This document shows, piece by piece, positions 25,255 to 33,300 of a stretch of 64,000 bases of DNA. The position numbers were made by a program, and so were the translations under genes. This DNA is from a virus (Duplodnaviria; Caudoviricetes): IMG/VR virus record IMGVR_UViG_3300009031_000221, positions 1 through 64,000 of that record; one strand, 5' to 3'. Under the pieces are notes generated by a model. The model was not told the DNA's origin and did no database searches. It saw only the letters and a list, made by a program, of their open reading frames with translations. Position 1 is the first letter of the stretch, and each line of letters starts with the position of its first letter.

Positions 25255-27993
25255 TTAGAAATATGCAGACCATCCATCTGCACCCATGCTCAGAAATTCC
25301 ACCGAATTATTTCCTACGTTAATGTCATAGGAACTGCCGCCCCAAATTTGATGAGCACTAGCGGATCCGCTGGGCGTATCTGGAGCGGTAAGTGCTATAG
25401 ATACAACATCATTGAACCCCATTTTAAGAACTCGAACTACCAATCCTTCACATGTGGAAGCTAACGGCAGAGTCACCGTCATATTTCCGGAACCAGGGGT
25501 TTGTTGACCGTTCTGTATTACAGTACAAATCAGATAACGATCCGATAATGTGATCAGTTTATCGGGAGCAGGGGAATTGGTATTGATTCGTCGAAAAGGT
25601 CCAACACCGGCATACACCTCTTCGGTGAATGCTCCATGTGACGTGAGGGCAGAATAGAACTTCCCGACATCGGTTACACGGAAACGTTCCCCAACATGGG
25701 GCCACCGCATCATCCAATGACCTGACTTGTATCGGGTCACCTGGTATTGTTCCACACCTGGGATTGGCGGATCCGCCGTGGAGGATCCAATATGTGTATA
25801 AGTGGTAGGCATGAAAGTGAATCCCGTACCTATGAGGGCGGATGAAACCGTTCGCGCTTGAACACCGTTAGTTTTCCCAGTCGCTAATAACCCATTAACA
25901 CCAACCGTTACGTTATAGTGGGAATCTAGTGCCGCACCATTAGCCTGGATGGATGACCATATAGCGCCTTGCATTGTGGCGAGGGTGCCAGGGACAGTGT
26001 TGGTCACAAAAGATCCCGTCAGACTATCTGTGGAGGATCCAACGGGTGTAGATTCCCCGCCAAAGAGGCTTGTGCATATAACTGCCGCCCCAATACTGGT
26101 TACTGCATACAGGTCATTGTTGCCATTAGCCACCGCCGCGATCCCTGCGGCCACAGAGTCAGCGGTATCCATTGCCGCACCCTGAACGGTGATTGTTGGT
26201 CCTTCATATTCGTCGGGTCCGGTCAATGAATTATCCCCATAAACCACAGTTCCCGCGAAAATACCCGGGGTAACAGCAGTTAATGTAATAATGGCAGGGT
26301 CTGATTTAACCGCCGTCCATACTGCAGACGCGGAAACGCCTGTAATGATATGGACTGGGGCACCCATAGTAATAGTACCGGAACCCGTTGGGGTGATGAC
26401 ATGTCCAGGGCCGGCGACTTTCCCTTCTAAGGAAATCCCCCAAACACCTGGATCTAATTCCATTGCCATAGCGTTGTAGGTTGTGGACCCCAAAGGAGGT
26501 AAAACCGCATTGACCGCAAGAGCAAGCCCTTCGGCTACTTGTTGTAACCCATCCCCACCCAAAGCGGTGTAGCTATAGGGCGTGTCCGGGTCACCCGCAA
26601 TATCGATCGTTGGGGTATTTCCCGGGGTTACAGAACCCCCTAATACAATAATGGCTAGGTCTTTGGTTCCACTGTTAACGGCGGCTGTCAGGCCAATAGC
26701 GATTTCCGAATTCGTTGGAGGTACAGGGCCTAATGAGGCGTATTGAAAGATTTTGGAATCCGTATTCGTAGTCACGGTGAATGTCAATGGGTTATTTCCC
26801 GCACCACCGCCATACGGGCCTGCCAATATATCCGTAGATACAGTTTTGGAAGATCCCGTATGATACGTGTACGACCATGAACCCCAATATCCCAGATTTC
26901 CAATATCTAGCGTGTAGATATCCCCATCAACACCAAGGACAACAGTGGAGGTGCTAATTGTAGGCGTGCCCGCATCCACAGGGTCACTGTCATAATTGGT
27001 AGCTCCAATGGTCAATCGGAATACATCTCCATCTACCATTTCGCGTGCTCGCAGGAAAGATGCCCGATAGATATCAGGCTGGATAACTACGGGCCCTGGA
27101 TTGCCGTTCTGCGTATGGATGCTATCAAATGTTAGTCCCCCGGTCCCGTCCAAATCCATAAAGATCGCACGGGTACAAACCATGTTTTCCCGACCGGTTC
27201 CGACAAGAGTTTCGCCAATCACTTCAAAAGTGTAATCCATATCAGGTTTATTTTGTGTGGCTTGGTGAAGGGCAGCCAGGATTTCGGGCATTGTAGACCC
27301 AGGATGTAGCGAACCTGAGTAATACTCCATCTTCGTACCACTTTCAGTATCCCCAATCTGAAGGTGTACCCTATCATAGAGGGCAGGGCCTGATCCCAAA
27401 TGAGGTGTCAACACCCAAATATCAGGCTGAGCAATAGAAGGCCCCCATTCCGAACCTATGTATGGAGGAGCGGCATTCATCAAATACGTGTCCCCCTCGG
27501 AGGGGCTAACAGGCTGAATTGTTTCAGTAGCGCTGATGGCCACTGGATTGGGCGTGCCGTGGTCATGATCTACAGATGCTGCAGTTGCGCTTACCCCGGC
27601 AGCATTATCAAACAAGGGATTGACGGGGCCTCCTACAGAACCACCCCCGCCTCCCCCAGCAGGGAAAATCGTCCATGCAGAACCGGTGAACCGAACGGCA
27701 CTGCCCGCATACGGGGCTCCCGTCTTGACTGGGAAAATATCCTCTGCAAGGGCATCCTCAAACGTATAGCTCGATTCCAGGGATTGATCTTCCCCATTGT
27801 AAGTCGCGATTGAGAATTCATGCCCTGTGAATGCTCCGGTAGCCGGAGTATTTACAACAACTCGATCCCCAATACTCAAGGTACCGGGATGCGTTGTCAC
27901 GACACTGATGACACCGGGCTTCCAATTGAGATTCTGGGACTCAATGTAGACAGTTTCCTGCATCGCTACCCAGTTGCCGATGTATCGTGCCAT
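25255..27993 (-). CDS. Long tail-fibre-like virion protein
   Basis: 912 aa, G/T/S/A-rich, DUF2793-like N-terminus, internal repeats of the type A.gla.AVN. Confidence 0.75.
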   Translation of the reverse strand: MARYIGNWVAMQETVYIESQNLNWKPGVISVVTTHPGTLSIGDRVVVNTPATGAFTGHEFSIATYNGEDQSLESSYTFEDALAEDIFPVKTGAPYAGSAVRFTGSAWTIFPAGGGGGGSVGGPVNPLFDNAAGVSATAASVDHDHGTPNPVAISATETIQPVSPSEGDTYLMNAAPPYIGSEWGPSIAQPDIWVLTPHLGSGPALYDRVHLQIGDTESGTKMEYYSGSLHPGSTMPEILAALHQATQNKPDMDYTFEVIGETLVGTGRENMVCTRAIFMDLDGTGGLTFDSIHTQNGNPGPVVIQPDIYRASFLRAREMVDGDVFRLTIGATNYDSDPVDAGTPTISTSTVVLGVDGDIYTLDIGNLGYWGSWSYTYHTGSSKTVSTDILAGPYGGGAGNNPLTFTVTTNTDSKIFQYASLGPVPPTNSEIAIGLTAAVNSGTKDLAIIVLGGSVTPGNTPTIDIAGDPDTPYSYTALGGDGLQQVAEGLALAVNAVLPPLGSTTYNAMAMELDPGVWGISLEGKVAGPGHVITPTGSGTITMGAPVHIITGVSASAVWTAVKSDPAIITLTAVTPGIFAGTVVYGDNSLTGPDEYEGPTITVQGAAMDTADSVAAGIAAVANGNNDLYAVTSIGAAVICTSLFGGESTPVGSSTDSLTGSFVTNTVPGTLATMQGAIWSSIQANGAALDSHYNVTVGVNGLLATGKTNGVQARTVSSALIGTGFTFMPTTYTHIGSSTADPPIPGVEQYQVTRYKSGHWMMRWPHVGERFRVTDVGKFYSALTSHGAFTEEVYAGVGPFRRINTNSPAPDKLITLSDRYLICTVIQNGQQTPGSGNMTVTLPLASTCEGLVVRVLKMGFNDVVSIALTAPDTPSGSASAHQIWGGSSYDINVGNNSVEFLSMGADGWSAYF

Positions 27994-28056
27994 AATGTGT
28001 ACTCCCGGTTCGTGTCTATTGTACCCGGGCTATAGAACAGATACCCGATAACCCAA

Positions 28057-28084
28057 GACTTACTTTCCATGCCCACTGCGTAGA
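28057..28084 (+). promoter_or_regulatory. Repeated bipartite promoter-like motif, copy B
   Basis: GACTTACT-ttccatgcccact-GCGTAGA. Confidence 0.75.
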
Positions 28085-28122
28085 CATCTCCGGAGGCGCC
28101 ATGCCTCCTGGAGGATGACCCT

Positions 28123-28407
28123 ATGGATCTCGCAGCCTGGAAACCGCTCCTCGAAAAGGAACTCAAGGAATTGATGCTCACGCCCGTTACCGTCACGGAT
28201 ACGGAATGGCAGGGTAAGCCCGCCCTTGAGGTGAACGGGGACTACGTGATCTATCCTGAGGGAAAGCTGTTCGTCTCCTACTGCAAGTCGGATTTCAACA
28301 CCCTGTCCGATAAGTTTGAGGAATTCCCAGACGCGGCTTCTCACATCATCTTCGACATTTCCAAGAAGATCCTTCACAAGAAATTGAAGGCACTCACCCA
28401 AGGATAA
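28123..28407 (+). CDS. Hypothetical protein
   Basis: 94 aa, GGAGG ribosome-binding site, GC-rich third positions. Confidence 0.75.
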   Translation: MDLAAWKPLLEKELKELMLTPVTVTDTEWQGKPALEVNGDYVIYPEGKLFVSYCKSDFNTLSDKFEEFPDAASHIIFDISKKILHKKLKALTQG

Positions 28408-28411
28408 CATC

Positions 28412-29329
28412 ATGACCCTCAACCACGCTCAACTTGCCCGAATCACCGCTACCCGGTGCTGCGTATGTCGTGCCCCACTTACGGATGCAGAGTCCGTACA
28501 GCACGGCATCGGACCAACCTGCAGTAAACGCTATTACAATCCGCTACATGTGCCTACTGAGGATCATGTCAAGGTTGCGATTGGAATGCTGGCGGCTTCG
28601 GGATTGCCGGATCACATCGTTGACGGATTCCTGCAGTCCGTGGATGGATCAAGCGTCAAGGCCCGCCTTGGGTCGAACCTGTTGGTCTACTGGGCATCCG
28701 CACACTACGATGACCGCACCGAGGTCTTCAAGTGCGCTTCCATCATCCGTGCCCTAGGCTACACGGAGCTTGCGGACAAGTTGGAATCTGATCGTACGGT
28801 TGCTACGGTGCGTTACCCGGTTGCCCCCGATGACAAGCTCGAGGTCTACATCCCGGATAGCATCAACCTGGAGCGGGACATGAAAGGCATCCCCGGCGCC
28901 CAACTCCTCACGGCTCCCGATGGCAACCTCAAGAAGCAAGGTCGCAAGATCGGATGGTCCGTGCCCCTGGCCGAGGCGCTCCACTTCGAGACCGTCCTGG
29001 GCGTCCACTGTGGCAAGGAACTGGCATGCGGCACCAAGGGAATCTACCCGATCCCCAAGAAGAATTGGGCTGACGTGAAAGCCTTCCGCCAACCATCGCC
29101 GCAGCAAACCTTTGCCGCATCCGTTCAAGGCGGTACCGTGCAAGTCCTGACCTTGGCCAATGGCCGGATGGAGATCCATTCCCCATTCAACCCGGCTTTC
29201 AAGGAGGCACTCAAGACACAAGTGCCGTACCGGGATCGGATTTGGACGGGGACTTGCTGGTCAGTCGCTTCCCGTTACCACGGGATCATCAAGTCTCTCA
29301 TTCAGATGCACTATGGCGTGATGGTCTAA
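28412..29329 (+). CDS. DUF6011-like zinc finger plus C-terminal HARP-like domain protein
   Basis: CCVCRAPLTDAESVQHGIGPTC; C-terminus SPFNPAFKEALK...RIWTGTCWSV. Confidence 0.7.
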   Translation: MTLNHAQLARITATRCCVCRAPLTDAESVQHGIGPTCSKRYYNPLHVPTEDHVKVAIGMLAASGLPDHIVDGFLQSVDGSSVKARLGSNLLVYWASAHYDDRTEVFKCASIIRALGYTELADKLESDRTVATVRYPVAPDDKLEVYIPDSINLERDMKGIPGAQLLTAPDGNLKKQGRKIGWSVPLAEALHFETVLGVHCGKELACGTKGIYPIPKKNWADVKAFRQPSPQQTFAASVQGGTVQVLTLANGRMEIHSPFNPAFKEALKTQVPYRDRIWTGTCWSVASRYHGIIKSLIQMHYGVMV

Positions 29330-29370
29330 AACGAAACGACCCCCGGAAGTTTCCCTCCGAGGGTCATTTC
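29328..29370 (-). terminator. Intrinsic terminator hairpin between convergent genes
   Basis: Inverted repeat GAAACGACCC/GGGTCATTTC with inner CGGA/TCCG; the minus strand ends in GTTTCGTTTT. Confidence 0.7.
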
Positions 29371-29392
29371 AAATGCTAACCCGTGGATTACG

Positions 29393-29689
29393 CTACGGGG
29401 TAGCCTTCTTCTTCTTCAGCCACACGAGGAACAAGGCCACAAGGCCCGCCAAGAGCAACCATACCCCGTGCTCAACGGTAGCGATGGCACCGGCTTCCTC
29501 GGCATCCGTGCCCGTTACGGCTACGGCAGGCGTGACTGCTTCAGCAGCCGGAACCGCAGGGGCATCTACAGCAGGGGCTACTGCTACCGGGGCTACTACA
29601 GCAACACCGGCATCAGGGGCATCTGCTGCCAAGACAGGAACGGAAAGAAACAAGGCGCATAGCGCCAGAACGCTGATTGACAGACGCAT
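29393..29689 (-). CDS. Small exported, membrane-anchored Ala/Pro/Val-rich protein
   Basis: Signal peptide MRLSISVLALCALFLSVPVLA, low-complexity stalk, C-terminal hydrophobic helix followed by KKKK. Confidence 0.8.
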   Translation of the reverse strand: MRLSISVLALCALFLSVPVLAADAPDAGVAVVAPVAVAPAVDAPAVPAAEAVTPAVAVTGTDAEEAGAIATVEHGVWLLLAGLVALFLVWLKKKKATP

Positions 29690-29707
29690 ATTGGAACTCC
29701 TTTGGGG

Positions 29708-29920
29708 TCAAAAGTCGATAGCCCCAGCCTTCGGTGGGGAATCTCGACGGTACACCTTCGGCCCCTTTAGGCTGAGGGCGGTCAGTTGATCCTTAATTGC
29801 GGCACGTTGTCCCGCAGTCAATGTTGGATCGAATAGCATTTGCCTAAGCCTCTCACGATGAGGGGCTAGGTATTGATCCCGTACATCGGGATTGATCTGT
29901 TGCGATGAAAGAAAAGGCAT
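29708..29920 (-). CDS. Small hypothetical protein
   Basis: 70-aa ORF packed between neighbours. Confidence 0.55.
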   Translation of the reverse strand: MPFLSSQQINPDVRDQYLAPHRERLRQMLFDPTLTAGQRAAIKDQLTALSLKGPKVYRRDSPPKAGAIDF

Positions 29921-29928
29921 GACGTATT

Positions 29929-30300
29929 CTACGCCCTTACCGGGACATATTCAAGCTGTCCGTGATCATTTACCTTGTAACCCCCCGCCGAGGGTTCCTT
30001 GGCAAAGCGTTGCAGGGGTGCATTAACCCAATCCTTTGACAACCGGGAACGTGCCTCCATGACAATTTCGTCATGCTGGTCTAATACACCTTTCCCCCAG
30101 CACTGCATTTCCCATGACAAGTCATCCGCAGTTACCTGAGGGCGGCAATGTACTTTTGGAAATACTACATTGGTTGCTACACCAGGGGCCTTCAGAATCT
30201 TGGGGTTGGCGACATTGACCTTTGGTTTAGCCTGTGCCAAACCAGGGATGCCAAGCAGCGCCAATGAACCTAGAGTTTGAATGAAGCTACGCCGATTCAT
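29929..30300 (-). CDS. Protein with twin-arginine-like signal peptide
   Basis: MNRRSFIQTLGSLALLGIPGLAQA; ATGA overlap with the 1868-aa gene. Confidence 0.7.
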   Translation of the reverse strand: MNRRSFIQTLGSLALLGIPGLAQAKPKVNVANPKILKAPGVATNVVFPKVHCRPQVTADDLSWEMQCWGKGVLDQHDEIVMEARSRLSKDWVNAPLQRFAKEPSAGGYKVNDHGQLEYVPVRA

Positions 30301-33300
30301 ATATCTCTCCCTTGCCTCAATTCATCCGGGTATACCGCAAGTGTTACATCCGCAGGATTTGGCACTTGCCTATTGTACCCCTTGAACATCGGGCGTCCCG
30401 CGAGACGGAATCGATCCGAAGCCGCGTACCCTTCACCATACCCCGCAGGAGATATAATGCCGCCAAGAGTCAACCCGGCTTCTCGAATATTCGTATCCCC
30501 CAAGATACCGTAGGTCGCAATGACCATCTGAATTTCGTCGCCTTGTGTGACCGTAACAGGCCCTGCCGCTACAACTTCCTCGTAGAAGTTCCTCACAAGC
30601 ATCGCCCGGCAGACCAGCACGCCACCCTTGAGAACAGGCTTGATGGATGCAGGGAAGCTATCGGAAACCCAATCTACAGGCCCGCCCGAAATACCATCAT
30701 CGGAGAGAACGAACAAAGGCCCGCCGCCACGATACAAACGGAATATGGTCGTTCCCGTTGGGTTGATCTGCCTCCAGGCGCCAAAGTCCGTGGTCGTAAC
30801 GGAACCATCGGATTCTGCGATGAGCGCCCCGGGCTCTCCCATGAACCGATCGTATTCATCCCCACCATTGGTCAATGGGATGATATTTTGAATCGGGCGA
30901 GGGCCAGCCGGGGAGGACTTCATAGCAGAAGCCTTATCCCCTAGAGGGTTCTCACACAGAAAGTCGGAGTCCTGAAGCAAAGCCCCCGTTGGCAAACGCT
31001 CAATCATGCCGGTCAGATTCACTTGACTGAATCCCATCCCCGCATTCATGGGCTCATCCATACCCCCGAAGAAGTATGCCCCCGTGACCTTCGCACCAAT
31101 AGCCTTGGTGTTCGGGAAAGGCGTCCGCAACTGCAACATGGTCGAAATGTCAACAGTCGGATCCGTGTGGTATACGGATACCCGGATCCCATTACCCTCA
31201 GCACCTACAGGAACAGCCAAGAAAATAATCTCCTTGTCCACACCGACCGATACCTTGACGGCACGTTGCATTGCCGGATGGTTGTTGATCTTGTCAATAG
31301 CATCCCCAACAATGTCCATCCGCATGATGTTCGTGGATGGAACCCCCTGACCATTCAACCAAGTTTCATTTCCAGCATTTGCACAGAAATAGAAATCCTG
31401 AATTGATCCGTCCAACAGGGTAACTCGCACAACCGCAAATTCGTGACCAACATTGAGGAGGCTGCCATCACCAAGACCCATCAGGCTAAGGGTTGCCCTG
31501 CTAGGGTTGGTCTTCTGGCCTTCCGTATACGTCCGCGTCCATGTCTGCCACTGCGGGTCATTTACGGTATCCGTAGCCCTCAATGCTGCCTGAGGGGTAT
31601 TCTGCACATACCCAACGTCAAGCGGGGTGCCAGGGTACATTTGACCCCCAACCTTGCCCGTTCCCATGGTCGTATAGAAGTCCATTGACGCCAATACCTC
31701 GAAGGCACGAGCATTAGGAGTCTCCGGGACGTATCCTCCAGCATTATTGTACTGCTGGATCGGCCAACGCATATTGTACTGTGCAGCGGAATCCAACTGT
31801 CCATACCGTTCTTCGTAATCAGATGCCACGCTTACCGTCCCCTTACGGGACATGTATACGTCACCCTGATATACCGTACGGTTATAGGCAGCATAGAATT
31901 GATCATTGCTCGATGCAGGGCACGGAATGACCATAGACACACCCTCGAGTTCATTGGGTGTATCTACAGAGTCAAATACGGTGCCATCAACATTCGTACT
32001 TCCCTTGCCGCTGTGCTTGCGGCATAGGACAAAGTTGTTACCGTTGATGAAGTCCCGGGCAAAACCAAATACCGTGCAAACTACAACGAATTGAAAGTCC
32101 TCAAACGCATGCGGGGACGTTCCATATTGAAGCGCCCTTGTCAAGTCCAGAACATTCGATGGGACGATATAGGTATGGTCACCCGTTTGTTGCGGCCCTC
32201 CCAGAGGAGACGTTATATCCTGCGCTCCATCCCGAAGGATGAACAAGGTTTGGCTATCCACGTCCTCTCGTAGGAGGTTCGGAGCAGCATCATTGTCCGC
32301 GCCCCAACGATTGTTGACATCGATGGTACGCCCGCCCTTGGTCACGAAGTCCCGGTAGTCATACACCCCAATGAGGCGTGCCACACCGTAGTAAGGGGGC
32401 AACTGAATACCCTTAAGTCCACGACCGAAATCCGATGAGTTCACTGCAGCCAAACTGTCAATGACATTCTGAGCATACGGGACAACATTGTTGATACTAG
32501 TGGTCTTGCGTGCCGCAATGTAGGGCTGATTGTTCGTGCCAACAGTGGTCGTACCGTGGTGTGCATATGTTGCCAAACCCGTCACAAACAACATATTCTT
32601 GACTTGGTTTCCGCCAGTCGGGTTGTCTTCCCCACCAATGACATTGAACACAGGTCGCGTCACATCTTCCCTATCCAGGAACAAGTGATTGATACCAGGC
32701 ATGAAGGGCTGGGGGGATTCCCCTATGTACTTGTAGTATGGAATATCCTGCCTGCCGAAGCGAGGCATGAATTCGTAAGGAACCGCAAAGCCCATCTTCT
32801 TGCCGTCCGCGGGCGTCCCTGTAAATATTTGATTGCAGTCCTTGGCCCCACCATCCGTATATGTATACGGACCCATAAGAGATTGCGGCAAGAAACCCGT
32901 GAAATCCGTAGCATCCAAAGTCATATCCCGGCTTCGGAATGGCCGGAAAATGATAGTCTTGCTACCACGGTCTACGAACAACTCGTGTTCGCGGTCTTGC
33001 TCCGTGAACCCGACAACGTTACCCCCATAGTTAGGGGCGAACGGTGCGTGCCAACCGAGACCGGGCAAACGATTCCACAACTGGACATGATTTGCATTCC
33101 AGAACATTTCGCCGGCGGGGCCAGGGAATGTCGGGTCTACCGCAATGGGGCTCTGCCGTAGGTAGGGCCCGTCAGAAGGGACGCTGCCGACACGGGCAAA
33201 ACGTACCAATTCATCTGCCACACGTGCCGTTGCCCCATGTCCCGGATGGTACATGAAGGTCGTGTTGAGGATCATCTTGTTCGGGACACCTGACGCAGGT

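Noticed and set aside
29928-29955. Sixth copy of the promoter motif (GCGTAGA on the minus strand)
   Set aside because: The upstream half reads CTTGAATA rather than GACTTACT, and GCGTAG is simply the last codon plus stop of the 123-aa gene.
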